Assembly: GCA_963796275.1 (NCBI GenBank)
Contig: CAWCKY010000001.1
Span: 1,152,001-1,216,000 of the forward strand
Direction of reading: 5' to 3'
Source: an uncultured Acidobacteriota bacterium
Lineage (GTDB): Bacteria > Acidobacteriota > Blastocatellia > RBC074
Length of the DNA stretch: 64,000 nucleotides
The notes beneath the pieces were generated by a model. The model did not search any database. It saw only the letters and a list, made by a program, of their open reading frames with translations, and was not told the origin of the DNA. Shown here one piece after another: positions 55,501-64,000 of the stretch. Made by a program: the position numbers and the translations under genes. How positions within the stretch are numbered: position 1 is the stretch's first letter; every line of letters begins with the position of its first letter.

Positions 55501-58500
55501 GCGAACAACGAGCATAGTATCTCCTCTTCGGGACTGCGCGGCGCCCTCCAGACAGAGGTCGATGTCATCTCCGGCTCGGGCAAGGCCTTGCGATCGAGCT
55601 TCCCATTGGGGGTCAGCGGCAGCTCATTCACCTCTACTATCGCTCCCGGCACCATATAGTCGGGCAGCCGCTGCCCTAACTGCTGGCGCAGTGCCGCCAC
55701 ATCCAGCCCCTGGCCAGCGCTCGCTACCGCATATCCAACCAATCGCTTCTCTCCCGGAGTATCCTCGCGCGTCACCACTGCCGCCTGATCTACCTGCGGC
55801 AGCTCGCGCAGCGCCGCCTCGATCTCGCCCGGCTCGATGCGGAAGCCGCGAATCTTCACCTGCTGATCGGCCCGCCCGAGGAACTCCAGATTCCCATCGG
55901 CCCGCCAGCGCGCCAGGTCTCCCGTCCGGTAGATACGCGTTCCAGGCTCGCCGTATGGGTCAGCCACAAAGCGCTCGGCGGTCAAAGCTGCCCGCTTCTG
56001 ATATCCGCGCGCCAATCCTGGCCCAGCGATATAGAGCTCTCCTCCGACTCCCACCGGCGTCGGTCTCAGACTCCTGTCCAACACGTACACACGTGTGTTG
56101 CTGATCGGTTGCCCGATCGGTATCGTCTCTCCTTCTTTGATCTCCTCTCGACAAATTTCCTTAAAAGTCGCAAAAGTCGTCGTCTCTGTTGGTCCGTAGA
56201 CGTTCAACAAACGCTCTGGCCCCTCTCGCTTGAGCACCTCCGCCACCCATCCCGAATCTAACTTCTCTCCGCCAATTAGGACCTCCCGACAACCTTTGAA
56301 TGCCCTCGGTTCGGATCGTGCCACCTGGTTAAATAACGCCGTGGTCAGAAAGATTGTGTTAATCCCTTGTGTTATCAATTCCTCGGCGAGCAACCGAGGT
56401 TGCAACAATAGATCGCGACTGATGCAATACAATCGCGCTCCATGCAGTAATGCGCCCCATATCTCAAAGGTCGCTGCATCAAATGAGATGGTCGATGCCT
56501 GAGCTATTACATCGGTCTCTCTAATCTCGACGTAGTTTGTTTGACAAACCAGTCGCACTACCCCCCGATGCGTAATCTCAATCCCTTTTGGCTCCCCGGT
56601 CGATCCGGAAGTGTAGGTCACATAAGCCAGGTTATTTCCGCATACATCGATTCCGGGATTCTCTGTCGCATTCTTCGCCTCTGCCTCCACTGTTGCAAGG
56701 TTGATTACCTCTAGCGCGCCATCCCCCAGACGCTCGCCCAGCAACGGATTGCTGATTACTACTCTCACTCCGCTATCTTTCACCATGTAAAGCAAGCGCG
56801 ATAGCGGATACTCGGGATCAAGCGGCAGATATGCTCCGCCGGCCTTCAGAATCCCCAGGAGGGCGGTTACCATATCTATCCCGCGCTCCAAACAGACTCC
56901 CACCACATCATCCCGCCCCACACCTCGCCCGCGCAGGTAATGCGCCAGGCGATTAGCGCGCAGGTTCAAATCTCGATAGGTGATCTCCTCGCTCCCACTA
57001 ACAATTGCCACCGCCCCAGGCGATCTTCGGACCTGCTCTTCAAACAACTCCACCACCGACGCCTCTGGTATCTCCCGCTCCGTCCGATTCCACTCCTCCA
57101 GTATCAGCGTGCGCTCCTCTACGAGCACTTCAATCGCCCTCATCTCAATCTCGGGCTCCCTCTCCAACGCCTCCACCAACGCCTCCAGCGCATTCCGCAT
57201 ATAATTACAGATACGATCCGGTTCGATCGGTCTGACCGCTTGCGCGGTGAGCGCGAATTCATCCCCCCAATCCTCTACAGACAATATCAGCGGGTAGTTG
57301 GTCCACTCTTCGGAGTGAATCACCTCGATACCAGCCCAGGACTGCCTTGCCTCAGGTAATTGCTCCACCTGCCGGGAGTGCCGGTAGTTGAGCAAAGAGC
57401 TGAACAACGGCGTCGGCGCCGCCACCCCGCTGCACCTCTGTGCAAGGGCCAGCGACGCGTGTTCATGCTTCATCAACTCTCCCAGCAGTTCGTGCGTTTT
57501 TTTCACGCTCCGCTCCACACTCTCCTTCCCCACACGAACCCGTATCGGCAAGGAGTTGATGAACAATCCCAGAACTCGCTCAGATCCCTCTCCTCCTCCC
57601 ATTCGCCCAAAGAGCACCGTCCCGAAGACTACATCCTCCGATCCCGATACACGCGCCAATACTCTTGCCCATGCCAGGTGGCATAGGCTCGCCGCGCTTA
57701 CTCCCATCGCTCTCGCTCGTTCCCGCAACCGCCTCGCCAGTATTGCGTCAAGCTCTATTTGAGCTTCCTTGATATCTAAGCTGTCGCCCTGCACCTCCAG
57801 TAGGCCATACGGCGCCGTAGGCTCATCCACATCTCCCAGCAGCCCGCGGAAAAAGGTCTCGTGCTCGGCCTGCGTCCCCCTCAATTGCATCTGCGCCGCG
57901 AAGTTTCGGAACGGTACCGGTTCCGCTAGTTGATCTACCTGTCCCGACGAGAAGGATTGCACCTCCTGGATCATAATCTCCAGACTGGTATGGTCGAGCG
58001 TGAGGTGATGACTTATCCACAACAGCAGCCAACGTTCGTTGGCCGCATCATAAGTCATGGTGAGGCACATGATCGGCGCCTGACGCACATCGAGCCGGTT
58101 CCGCCGCGGATCGAAGTGTGCACGCAGTTGATCTGTTATCTCCCCTTCGGATGGATCGAGCAGAACTTCTTCGACCGGCAGCTGCGCCTCTCGCCAGACC
58201 ACCTGCACCGGTTCGCGCAGTCCTTCCCAGACCACTGCCGTTCGCAGAATGTCGTGCCGCGCAATCACCTCGCGCAGCGCGCCAAGGAAACTCTCCAGAT
58301 GCTCGCGCGTATTGAAGGCCATCAATACCTGGAGTTGATAGATATCTCCCAGGGTGCTCATCAGGTGATGAAAGAGAATCCCTTCCTGCAATGGTACCAG
58401 CGGGTAGATGTCTTGCACGTTGGCCGCTCCACCAGGCACCTTCGCCACTGCGGCATCGATCTCCGGCTGCGTTAGCCCCACCAGCGGCAGCATTTCCGAT

Positions 58501-61500
58501 GTGATTTCGGAGCAGCCCGGCGGGATGAGATTGGGCGGCACCTCAATCTCGGCCTGGCTCGTTCCTTCAATCGCCTCGGCCAAAGCCTGCAGTGTGGGTG
58601 CGGTGAAGAGCGTCCGGATGTCGCTCGGCACTCCTTGGCGGCGCATGCGCTCAATAATCGAGACTGCCAGCAGAGAATGGCCGCCGAGTTCAAAAAAGTT
58701 GTCCTGGCGTCCTACTCTCTCAACCTTGAGCAGATCGGCCCAGATTCGCGCCAGTTTGCTTTCGATCTCACCCTCAGGCGGCTCATATCCGCGTCTTATA
58801 TAGGCCTCGTCGTCGGGTGCCGGCAGCGCACGGCGGTCCAGTTTGCCGTTCGGAGTTAACGGCAAAGATTCGAGATGGACGTAGGCCGCTGGGATCATAT
58901 ACCCTGGTAGCGCCGAGCTGAGATGCGCGCACAGGGCTTCGGCTCCGACTTCCCGCCCAGTATAGTAGGCTACCAGCCGCTTGCCTGCTTCCCCATCCTC
59001 GCACGCCAGCACCACCGCCTCGCGTACCTCGGAGTGCCCAGCCAACCTCGTCTCAATTTCACCCAACTCGATGCGGAAGCCGCGAATCTTTACTTGCTGA
59101 TCGGCTCGTCCCAGAAACTCCAGATTTCCATCCGGACGCCAACGCGCCAGGTCTCCACTGCGGTACATCCTCGTTCCCGGCCCCCCATATGGATCGGCCA
59201 CGAATCGCTCGGCCGTCAGCGCCAGTCGCTTCAGATATCCGCGCGCCAATCCCGCTCCCGCGATGTAGAGTTCTCCTGTCACTCCCACCGGCACTGGCTT
59301 CATGCTCTGATCCAGCACATAAATTCGTAGATCCGGTATCCCGCGCCCGATGAGACTGTTCGCCCCCATAACGATCGCCTGCTGTTCAAGCGCAATATAG
59401 CTGACATGCACTGTCGTCTCTGTGATACCGTACATGTTAATCAGGCGTGGCGCGCTCTCATGGTGTCGCTGATACCAATCCCGAAGCCGCCATAGCTCCA
59501 GCGCTTCGCCGCCGAAGATCACATATCGCAAAGCGAGTGCTCGCCCGAGATCCGGGTTTTCTTGATCCGCTTGCATCAGTTGATAGAACCCCGATGGCGT
59601 CTGATTGAGGACGGTCACGCCATGGTGGACGAGGAATTTCAAAAACTCATCGGGTGATCGACTGATCAAATGGGACACTACTGCCAGGCGGCCGCCATGT
59701 AGAAGTGGCCCCCAAATCTCCCAGACAGAGAAATCGAAGGCATAGGAATGGAATAACGTCCAAACATCATCCTTTCTGAAATCGAACCAATTCTCTGTGG
59801 CAGCGAAAAGCCGCGTGACGTTCTGATGCGTGACGATGACGCCTTTAGGTCTGCCAGTAGAACCAGAAGTGTAGATGATATAGGCCGGACTGTGCGGACT
59901 GAACGGTCTTGTCCGCTCTATCTCTGCTGGGTTGTCGGCCTTGCTTCGCTGCAGCGCCTCGACCGTTTCCACCTCGTCAATAATCAGACGGCGCGCACTC
60001 TCCGGCAGCCGCCACGCCATCTCACTGGTAGTAATGACGCATCCCGGCTCAGCATCCTCTAGCATGAAAACTAGCCGATGCGCGGGATAGTCCAAGTCTA
60101 GCGGCAGATAGGCCGCCCCAGCCTTCAATATCCCCAGCAGCCCCACCACCATCTCCAGCGACCGTGACAGGGCCAGCGCCACTACATCCTCCGGCCCGAT
60201 CCCCTCACCGATCAGCAGATACGCCAGCCGATTGGCTCGCTCGTTCAACTCCTCGTAGGTCAGCTCCCGCTCTTGATAGACCACCGCCACCGCCCCGGGT
60301 GTTCTCCGCACCTGCTCTTCAAACAGCTCCACCAGTGTCGCCTGCGGTATCTCGCGCGACGTCTCGTTCCACTCCTCCAGTATCTGCCTGCGCTCTTCCT
60401 CTACCAGCAGATCGATGCCTCTGATCTTTTGTCCCGCATCACCTACCATCGCCTCCAACACCCGCAGATAGTGGCGCCCCATCTGCTCCATCCTCCACCG
60501 ATCAAACAGGTCTCGGTTGTAGACCCACGACAGCACGATCTCTCCCTCGCTCTCCCAGGCGTGCACCTCCAGGTCGAACCGCACTCGCAGCTCATCTCCC
60601 ACCACCAGCTCAACCTCCATCCCCTTCATCCGCTCGGCCACCCACGGCGCATTCTGCAACGCAAAGACCACCTGAAACACCGGCGTCGTGTTCAGGCTCC
60701 GCTGCGGCAATATCTCCTCAACAACTCGCTCAAAAGGAATGTCCTGATGCTCATAGGCCTCCAGCGCCACTCGCCGCACCTCTCCCAGCAATTCTCCAAA
60801 ACTCATCCCCCGCTCGGCCCCCACCCTCATTACCAGCGTGTTGACGAAGAATCCGATCATCTCCTCCAACTGCGCCTCCTGCCGGTTAGCGATCGGCGTC
60901 CCCACCACGATCTCCTCCTGCCCGGTGTAACGGCCCAGCAGCACTCCGAAGCCAGCCAGCAACGTCATATAGAGGGTCGCCTGTTGGCTCTGGCTCACCC
61001 TCTTCAAGCCCGCCGTCTGCTCCATACTCAGCTTCATCTGACACAGTTCGGCCCCATATGTCTGCACCGGTGGTCGCACTCTATCGGTCGGCAATTCCAA
61101 TCGCTCCGGTATCCCCGCCAACTGCTGCTTCCAGTAATCAATTCCTCCTCTCAGCCCCTCTTGATCCAGCCACTCTCTCTGCCACAGGGCGAAGTCGACA
61201 TACTGCACCGCCAGCGGCCGCAGCGGATTCTCTCTCCCCTCACAGAACGTCTCGTAGAGTAGCGCGAGCTCCCGGTTGAAGACCCCCTCCGACCAGCCGT
61301 CGGATGCGATGTGGTGCATCGTCCTCATCAGGATGTGATCGCGCTCTCCCAGCTTGAGCAGCCTGATCCGCAGCAACGGGCTGCGCCCCAGGTCAAACGG
61401 GCGGTTTGCTTCCTCCCCTAGCTGAGTCAGCACTCCTGCTTGTCGGTGCTCTTCATCGAGCCCGCTCAGGTCTTCCACGAGCAGTTCGATCCTCATCTCC

Positions 61501-64000
61501 GGCTCGATGATCTGGACCGGCTCTCCCTCTACCTCCGCAAAGTGTGTCCGCAGACTCTCGTGGCGCGAAATGATCGCATTGATGGCCTTCTCCAGTGCCT
61601 GGTGGTCGAGCTCTCCCCGCAGCCGCAGCGCGCCGGGCATGTTGTACTCGGTGCTGGTTCCTCCCAGCTGGTCGAGAAACCAGAGCCGCTGCTGGGCATA
61701 GGACAAGGGCAGATGCTCGGGCCTCTGCTGTCGCAACAGCGCAGGACGCCCGGTGGAGTCCTCCCTCAGCCGGGGACTCAACTGCGCAACACTCGGCGAC
61801 TCAAATAGCGTCCGAATTGCCAGTTCCCCTCCCAGCCTCGCCCTCACCCCGCTCACCAGCCGCGTCGCCAGCAGAGAGTGGCCGCCCAGTTCGAAGAAGT
61901 TATCATCTAGTCCTACCCGCTCTACCCCCAGCACTTCAGCAAATAACGAACAGAGAATCTCTTCTTGTGGACTGCGCGGCGACCGCCAGACGGAGGTTGA
62001 GATCAGCTCCGGTTCGGGCAGAGCCTTGCGATCGAGCTTTCCGTTAGGGGTGAGGGGGAGAGCTTCCAACTGGACGATGGTTGCCGGCACCATATATTCG
62101 GGCAGACGTTGAGCCAAATGCTGGCGCAACGTTCTGGAGTCAATGCTGCGCCCTGGCGCTGGTACTACATAGCCGGCCAGCAGTTTCTCTCCCGGACGAT
62201 TCTCGCGCGTCACGACGGCTGCCTGGGCGATCTCCGGCAGCTCGCGCAGCGCAGCCTCGATCTCGCCCGGCTCGATGCGGAAGCCGCGAATCTTGATTTG
62301 CTGATCGGCCCGTCCCAAAAACTCCAGGTTGCCATCGGGGCGCCATCTCGCCAGGTCTCCCGTCCGGTAAATTCGTGTTCCAGGCTGCCCGTATGGATCG
62401 GCCACAAACCGCTCGGCGGTCAGAGCGGGGCGCTTCAGATATCCGCGCGCCAGGCCGGCCCCAGCGATGTAGAGCTCTCCTCCGATTCCCACCGGCACTG
62501 GCTGCAAGCCACCATCCAAAACGTAAAGCTTGTAGTTCGGCAACGAAAACCCGATCGGTACGGATCCGGCGGTCACCGGCATCTCGGTGAGCTCAAAGGC
62601 TGAGGCATCGATGCAGGTTTCCGTGGGGCCATAAAAATTAAAGACTCGGCGAGCAACACCAGCTGATTGGAGCTCGTTCGCCAAGCTGACAGGGAGAACT
62701 TCGCCGCCCACAGTAAGAGTATCGAGACGGGCATTCCAACAGCTATTTCGGATCAGCTGCTCCGCGACACCGGGAGTGGCGTCAAGCGCGGAAACTCGGT
62801 GCTTCAAAGCATATGCGCTGAAGCGTTCAATGTCGTCGCGGACATTATCAGGAACGATCACCGATGTCCCGCCGGCACAGAGCGGGCAGAATATCTGCTC
62901 TAGGAGCGGGTCGAAAATAGTTGAACTTATCGCAGCAAACCGCGTCGTTTGGGAAACCTCAAGATAGCCGATGAGCGTGCGGATTTTGTTGACAATTGCC
63001 GAGTGGGGTATCACCGCACCTTTCGGAGCCCCTGTCGAGCCGGAGGTATAGATGACATAAGCAGGTGTTTGCTGAGCGAGGAGTTTCGTACGATCCTGAT
63101 TTCCGGGGTTGCTGGTCGGGCACTTGGCTAATGAGCTAATCATCTCCTCCCCGTCGAGGATCAGCCTTCGTTGGCTATCGTCCAGCCGTGACTCAAGCCC
63201 GGTCGTGACCAGCACGGAGGCAGGCTGGGCGTCCGATAGCATAAAGGCTACCCGCTCGTCCGGCGAATCCGGGTCGATGGGCAGATATGCCGCGCCGGCC
63301 TTCCATATCCCCAATAACGCGACCACCATCTCTAGAGACCGAGGCAGGGCCAGCGCCACCACATCCTCAGGCCCGATTCCAGCTCTCAACAGTAGGTGGG
63401 CCAGCCGGTTGGCTCGCTCGTTCAATTCCTCGTAGCTCAGCTCTTGCTCTTCATAGACTACCGCTACCGCTTTGGGAGTTATTTGCACCTGCTCCTCAAA
63501 CAGCTCAACTAGCGTTGTATTCGGTAACTCCTTCTCTGTTTGGTTCCATTCCTTCAGTATCTGCCCCCGCTCCTCGGCAGACAGCAAGTCAATACGCCCG
63601 ACCCGCTCCTCGGGATCATCCACTACTGCCTCTAAAAACTGCAAAAATCTGCGATGATGGGCCAGAAGATCATCAATTGTGTAGAGGCTAGGGTTCACAT
63701 CGAAGTCAATCCGCAGCCCACCGTCCTTGGATCTGCCGTAGAAGGCGATCGATATATCTTCGACCGCTCCATTTGAAAGATTGTGCGTAGTACCGTGATG
63801 GCCGGCAAAATCCAGGTCAAATTCGAACAACATGGGATTTACCGTTGGACCAAACAACCTGCGATTTGTGGCTGTGAAACCAAGTTCCCGGTTCAGGGTT
63901 TCAGATCTATAACGTTGGTGTCGCAGTATATTCCGGGTTTTCTGTCCCACTTGTTGTATCAGTTCGACGACAGTCGTGTTTGTGAGCACCTTCAATCGCA
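42660..64000 (-). CDS. NRPS gene 1 (5'-truncated by the window edge), seven modules: Cstarter-A(?)-T / C-A(Thr)-T / Cdual-A(Ile/Val)-T / C-A(Gln)-T / C-A(Ala)-T / C-A(Phe/Tyr)-T / C-A(Gly)-T
   Basis: Open frame of more than 7100 aa with seven YTSGSTG/YGxTE/YRxGDL A-domain sets, seven GGHSL T domains, five HHIxSDG C domains and one HHLTLDH dual C domain. Confidence 0.96.
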   Translation of the reverse strand, partial: RLKVLTNTTVVELIQQVGQKTRNILRHQRYRSETLNRELGFTATNRRLFGPTVNPMLFEFDLDFAGHHGTTHNLSNGAVEDISIAFYGRSKDGGLRIDFDVNPSLYTIDDLLAHHRRFLQFLEAVVDDPEERVGRIDLLSAEERGQILKEWNQTEKELPNTTLVELFEEQVQITPKAVAVVYEEQELSYEELNERANRLAHLLLRAGIGPEDVVALALPRSLEMVVALLGIWKAGAAYLPIDPDSPDERVAFMLSDAQPASVLVTTGLESRLDDSQRRLILDGEEMISSLAKCPTSNPGNQDRTKLLAQQTPAYVIYTSGSTGAPKGAVIPHSAIVNKIRTLIGYLEVSQTTRFAAISSTIFDPLLEQIFCPLCAGGTSVIVPDNVRDDIERFSAYALKHRVSALDATPGVAEQLIRNSCWNARLDTLTVGGEVLPVSLANELQSAGVARRVFNFYGPTETCIDASAFELTEMPVTAGSVPIGFSLPNYKLYVLDGGLQPVPVGIGGELYIAGAGLARGYLKRPALTAERFVADPYGQPGTRIYRTGDLARWRPDGNLEFLGRADQQIKIRGFRIEPGEIEAALRELPEIAQAAVVTRENRPGEKLLAGYVVPAPGRSIDSRTLRQHLAQRLPEYMVPATIVQLEALPLTPNGKLDRKALPEPELISTSVWRSPRSPQEEILCSLFAEVLGVERVGLDDNFFELGGHSLLATRLVSGVRARLGGELAIRTLFESPSVAQLSPRLREDSTGRPALLRQQRPEHLPLSYAQQRLWFLDQLGGTSTEYNMPGALRLRGELDHQALEKAINAIISRHESLRTHFAEVEGEPVQIIEPEMRIELLVEDLSGLDEEHRQAGVLTQLGEEANRPFDLGRSPLLRIRLLKLGERDHILMRTMHHIASDGWSEGVFNRELALLYETFCEGRENPLRPLAVQYVDFALWQREWLDQEGLRGGIDYWKQQLAGIPERLELPTDRVRPPVQTYGAELCQMKLSMEQTAGLKRVSQSQQATLYMTLLAGFGVLLGRYTGQEEIVVGTPIANRQEAQLEEMIGFFVNTLVMRVGAERGMSFGELLGEVRRVALEAYEHQDIPFERVVEEILPQRSLNTTPVFQVVFALQNAPWVAERMKGMEVELVVGDELRVRFDLEVHAWESEGEIVLSWVYNRDLFDRWRMEQMGRHYLRVLEAMVGDAGQKIRGIDLLVEEERRQILEEWNETSREIPQATLVELFEEQVRRTPGAVAVVYQERELTYEELNERANRLAYLLIGEGIGPEDVVALALSRSLEMVVGLLGILKAGAAYLPLDLDYPAHRLVFMLEDAEPGCVITTSEMAWRLPESARRLIIDEVETVEALQRSKADNPAEIERTRPFSPHSPAYIIYTSGSTGRPKGVIVTHQNVTRLFAATENWFDFRKDDVWTLFHSYAFDFSVWEIWGPLLHGGRLAVVSHLISRSPDEFLKFLVHHGVTVLNQTPSGFYQLMQADQENPDLGRALALRYVIFGGEALELWRLRDWYQRHHESAPRLINMYGITETTVHVSYIALEQQAIVMGANSLIGRGIPDLRIYVLDQSMKPVPVGVTGELYIAGAGLARGYLKRLALTAERFVADPYGGPGTRMYRSGDLARWRPDGNLEFLGRADQQVKIRGFRIELGEIETRLAGHSEVREAVVLACEDGEAGKRLVAYYTGREVGAEALCAHLSSALPGYMIPAAYVHLESLPLTPNGKLDRRALPAPDDEAYIRRGYEPPEGEIESKLARIWADLLKVERVGRQDNFFELGGHSLLAVSIIERMRRQGVPSDIRTLFTAPTLQALAEAIEGTSQAEIEVPPNLIPPGCSEITSEMLPLVGLTQPEIDAAVAKVPGGAANVQDIYPLVPLQEGILFHHLMSTLGDIYQLQVLMAFNTREHLESFLGALREVIARHDILRTAVVWEGLREPVQVVWREAQLPVEEVLLDPSEGEITDQLRAHFDPRRNRLDVRQAPIMCLTMTYDAANERWLLLWISHHLTLDHTSLEIMIQEVQSFSSGQVDQLAEPVPFRNFAAQMQLRGTQAEHETFFRGLLGDVDEPTAPYGLLEVQGDSLDIKEAQIELDAILARRLRERARAMGVSAASLCHLAWARVLARVSGSEDVVFGTVLFGRMGGGEGSERVLGLFINSLPIRVRVGKESVERSVKKTHELLGELMKHEHASLALAQRCSGVAAPTPLFSSLLNYRHSRQVEQLPEARQSWAGIEVIHSEEWTNYPLILSVEDWGDEFALTAQAVRPIEPDRICNYMRNALEALVEALEREPEIEMRAIEVLVEERTLILEEWNRTEREIPEASVVELFEEQVRRSPGAVAIVSGSEEITYRDLNLRANRLAHYLRGRGVGRDDVVGVCLERGIDMVTALLGILKAGGAYLPLDPEYPLSRLLYMVKDSGVRVVISNPLLGERLGDGALEVINLATVEAEAKNATENPGIDVCGNNLAYVTYTSGSTGEPKGIEITHRGVVRLVCQTNYVEIRETDVIAQASTISFDAATFEIWGALLHGARLYCISRDLLLQPRLLAEELITQGINTIFLTTALFNQVARSEPRAFKGCREVLIGGEKLDSGWVAEVLKREGPERLLNVYGPTETTTFATFKEICREEIKEGETIPIGQPISNTRVYVLDRSLRPTPVGVGGELYIAGPGLARGYQKRAALTAERFVADPYGEPGTRIYRTGDLARWRADGNLEFLGRADQQVKIRGFRIEPGEIEAALRELPQVDQAAVVTREDTPGEKRLVGYAVASAGQGLDVAALRQQLGQRLPDYMVPGAIVEVNELPLTPNGKLDRKALPEPEMTSTSVWRAPRSPEEEILCSLFAEVLGLERVGIDDNFFDLGGHSLLATRLVSRVRAALGAELAIRTLFESPSVAQLSSRLRESGTGRPSLVQQQRPERLPLSYAQQRLWFLDRLAGNSTEYNMPVALRLRGELHRQALEQTINTIISRHETLRTHFDEIEGAPIQIIEPELWIEIPVDDLSQLDEQEQQTRVTARLREQVSCPFDLTRGPLLRVNLLKLGERDHILLRTMHHIVSDGWSEGVFNREFTQLYEAFCQGRENPLKPLSVQYADFALWQRQWLEQERLQAELAYWKQQLAGIPERLELPTDRVRPPVQTFQGEFSQMILSGQQVDGLKRLSQSQQATLYMTLLAGFALLLERYSGQEEIVVGSPIANRQEAQLEEMIGFFVNTLVMRMRVNGEKSVEELVSEARRIALEAYEHQDVPFERLVEELSPQRSLNTTPVFQVVFALQNAPLVAERMKGLEVELVMGAQLQVHCDLEVHVWEEKGELAIYWLYNRELFDRWRMEQMGRHYLRVLEAMVSDAQRKIAGINLLGEQDRIQILEEWNQTRREVRETTVVELFEEQVRRSPGAVAVIYQEQELTYGELNERANQLAHLLQAMGVGPEVCVGLCLERSVELVVGMLGILKAGAAYLPLDVEYPLDRLLFMLVNAQVSIILTQQYLRERLGSSQCNLIFIDTDLTALRSNTESSPLTKVASENIACVLYTSGSTGEPKGVMVSHGALHNHMLWMQESFALSESDRVLQKTPFSFDASVWEFYAPLLVGAQLVIAKPGGHRDSAYLVSEIAEREVNIVQVVPKLLQSMVEEEGWERCTKLKRLFCGGEALTWDLVEKFQSVSGASLINLYGPTEATIDASYWECSEGLRLESVLIGRPISNTRMYVLDGNLQPVPVGVAGELYIAGAGLARGYLKRPALTADRFVGDPYGEPGMRMYRTGDLARWRADGNLEFLGRADQQVKIRGFRIEPGEIEAALRELPEVAQAVVVAREDTPGEKRLAGYVVPAPGRSIDFTSVRQQLARRLPDYMVPVAMVELEALPLTPNGKLDRKALPEPELISTSVWRAPRSPHEEILCSLFAEVLGLERMGIDDNFFELGGHSLLATRLVSRVRATLGAELAIRTLFESPSVAQLSPRLQESETGRAPLAPQQRPGRLPLSYAQQRLWFLDRLGETSTEYNLPGALRLRGELDLKALEQTINTIISRHESLRTHFAEVEGEPVQVIEPEMRIELRVEDLGGLHREQREARVMDALREEGGQPFDLGRGPLLRIKLLKLAERDHILIRTMHHIASDGWSEGVFNQELTLLYQAFCEGRENPLRPLAVQYADFALWQRQWLEQEGLQEGLAYWKEQLAGIPERLELPTDRVRPPVQTYEAELCQMKLNREQTAGLRMVSQTGQATLYMSMLGAFGVVLSRYSGQEEIVVGSPIANRQEAQLEEMIGFFVNTLVMRMRVNGEMSFEELMGEVRRVALEAYEHQDVPFERLVEELSPQRSLDTTPIFQVVFALQNAPQVAERMKGLEVELVMGAQLQVHCDLEVHVWEEKGELAIYWLYNRELFDRWKIEQMGRHYLRVLEAVLADPKERIGRLDMLTAEERRQILEEWNETSREIPQATLVELFEEQVRRSPGAVAVIYQEQELTYRELNERANRLAHLLIGEGVGPEDVVALALPRSPEMIVSLLGILKAGAAYLPIDTEYPADRLALMLEDAEPAYMLTASKVADRLPVRSGILLLDHPHAVEALAQSLSGNPGDGDRRSQLRPKNPAYVIYTSGSTGRPKGTQIEHHSAAELLCWAAEVFETQDLAGVLASTSICFDLSVFEIFVPLSCGGTVILVENVLELPNTPSAKQVRLINTVPSAITELLRIGGLPEGVRTVNLAGEALRRRLAEEIYELEQVRKVFNLYGPTEDTTYSTYALLERGDGRDVPIGGAISNSRVYVLDGSLKLTPVGVVGELYIAGAGLARGYLKRPALTADRFVGDPYGEPGMRMYRTGDLARWRADGNLEFLGRADQQVKIRGFRIEPGEIEAALRELPEVAQAVVVAREDTPGEKRLAGYVVPAPGRNIDFTSVRQQLARRLPDYMVPAAMVELEALPLTPNGKLDRKALPEPELISTSVWKAPRSPHEEILCSLFAEVLGLERVGIDDNFFELGGHSLLATRLVSRVRATLGAELAIRTLFESPSVAQLSPRLRESKTGRAPLAPQQRPGRLPLSYAQQRLWFLDRLGETSTEYNMPSALRLRGELDLKALEQTINTIISRHESLRTHFAEVEGEPVQVIEPEMRIELRVEDLGGLHRKQREARVIDALREEGGQPFDLGRGPLLRIKLLKLAERDHILIRTMHHIASDGWSEGVFNQELTLLYQAFCEGRENPLRPLAVQYADFALWQRQWLEQEGLQEGLAYWKEQLAGIPERLELPTDRVRPPVQTYEAELCQMKLNREQTAGLRMVSQTGQATLYMSMLGAFGVVLSRYSGQEEIVVGSPIANRQEAQLEEMIGFFVNTLVMRMRVNGEMSFEELMGEVRRVALEAYEHQDVPFERLVEELTPQRSLDTTPIYQVVFALQNAPQVAERVKGLEVEEVMGDELRVRFDLEVHAWESEGEIQIAWLYNRDLFDGWRMEQMGRHYLRVLEAVLADPKERIGRLDMLTAEERRQILEEWNQTRREMPEATLVELFEEQVRRSPGAVAVIYQEQELTYRELNERANRLAHLLIGEGVGPEDVVALALPRSPEMIVALLGILKAGAAYLPIDAEYPAERLTFMMEDAEPACLITTGEIMAHLPVWTGCLLLDQAELPKAIEQLPCGNPGRSLRPHNPAYIIYTSGSTGRSKGVVVTHRGIPSLSAAGIHQFGVTSESRVLQFASLSFDSSFYEIVMGLLSGAKLTLLGEEERRGELLVKAMHKHRVTHATLPPVVVADFAEDQVIQLNTLIVAGEACPAEVAARWSEKCRMINAYGPTETTVCATTSGPLLGVGEPPIGQPICNTRVYVLDSGLGPVPVGVAGELYIAGAGLARGYLKRPALTADRFVGDPYGEPGMRMYRTGDLARWRADGNLEFLGRADQQVKIRGFRIEPGEIESALRELPEVAQAVVVAREDIPGEKRLTGYLVPAPGRSIDSTSVRQQLARRLPDYMVPAAIVELQALPLTPNGKLDRKALPEPELISTSVWKAPRSPHEEILCSLFAEVLGLERVGIDDNFFELGGHSLLATRLVSRVRATLGAELAIRTLFESPSVAQLSPRLRESKTGRAPLAPQQRPGRLPLSYAQQRLWFLDRLGETSTEYNMPSALRLRGELDLKALEQTINTIISRHESLRTHFAEVEGEPVQVIEPEMRIELRVEDLGGLHRKQREARVIDALREEGGQPFDLGRGPLLRIKLLKLAERDHILIRTMHHIASDGWSEGVFNQELTLLYQAFCEGRENPLRPLAVQYADFALWQRQWLEQEGLQGGLAYWKEQLAGIPERLELPTDRVRPPVQTYEAELCQMKLNREQTAGLRMVSQTGQATLYMSMLGAFGVVLSRYSGQEEIVVGSPIANRQEAQLEEMIGFFVNTLVMRMRVNGEMSFEELMGEVRRVALEAYEHQDVPFERLVEELSPQRSLNTTPIYQVVFALQNAPQVVERVKGLEVEEVMGDELRVRFDLEVHAWESEGEIQIAWLYNRDLFDGWRMEQMGRHYLRVLEAVLADPKERIGRLDMLTAEERGQILEEWNQTRREVPEATLVELFEEQVRRSPGAVAVIYQEQELTYRELNERANRLAHLLIGEGVGPEDVVALALPRSPEMIVALLGILKAGAAYLPIDPDYPAERLALMLEDAEPACVITMRETGGRLPENQRQLLLDHPGMVAALDRSPTCNPTDQRQIRPLRSENPAYVIYTSGSTGRPKGVMISHQACTNFLASMSQELDFRTDEILLALTSLSFDIAGLELYLPLIIGAKCIIVSREVAADGHQLAEELRQSGATVMQATPATWRILADSGWPGDQGLKMLCGGEAFPPELAERMLGWHGSVYNLYGPTETTIWSTAMRVTSVTSSVSLGHPIANTTCYLLDSNLNVVPIGVSGELYIAGEGLARGYLKRADLSAERFVANPYSKEAGARMYRTGDLARWRSDGNLEFLGRADQQIKIRGFRIEPGEIESALRELPEVAQAVVVARADIPGEKRLVGYVVPAPGRSIDSSAFRQHLAQRLPDYMVPAAIVEMEALPLTPNGKLDRNALPQPEWQGKAYRSARTPQEEILCSLFAEVLGLESVGIDDNFFELGGHSLLATRLASRIRATLGVELSIRTLFGSPTAEQLADIIEERILDEIEQSPEAAGIH

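Noticed and set aside
34127-62603. Long plus-strand ORFs inside the NRPS (e.g. 34127-35491, 37808-39547, 40974-42467, 53925-55304, 60273-61262)
   Set aside because: Antisense shadows caused by NRPS codon bias. They are Leu/His/Gln-rich, have no motifs, and recur only because the sense-strand modules are duplicated.
1-64000. rRNA, tRNA, IS transposase or integrase
   Set aside because: No recognisable signatures by eye. tRNAscan, Infernal and ISEScan would be needed to exclude them formally.

Overview
A 64-kb bacterial window, probably from Acidobacteriota (inferred from an Oar-like TonB receptor, an ADOP-permease remnant and the wHTH/ECF gene styles). The left half (1-31 kb) is a patchwork of housekeeping and accessory genes: 5' part of uvrB, an ECF sigma/zinc-finger anti-sigma pair, AraC plus a flavin-dependent monooxygenase, a PQQ dehydrogenase, an S41 peptidase, a LysR/TonB receptor/GH28 pectin-use locus, an accessory SecA paralogue, a copper-resistance operon (CutF-like leader, TolC, multicopper oxidase, Cu P1B-ATPase) and a Ser/Thr kinase-PEGA-FGE gene. 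The right half (31.4-64 kb, minus strand) is a two-gene, 10-module NRPS. It begins with a starter-type C domain cut by the window edge and ends in a TE. Specificity codes read by eye suggest acyl-X(basic?)-D-Thr-Ile/Val-Gln-Ala-Phe/Tyr-Gly-Ile/Val-(methyl-X)-betaAla. The most unusual features are a methyltransferase inserted between A-domain motifs a6 and a7, a single foreign-looking dual E/C cassette, and modules built from near-identical C/T chassis with swapped A-domain cores. Three, possibly four, single-base insertions split genes and look like read errors. No rRNA, tRNA, CRISPR array or transposase was recognised.
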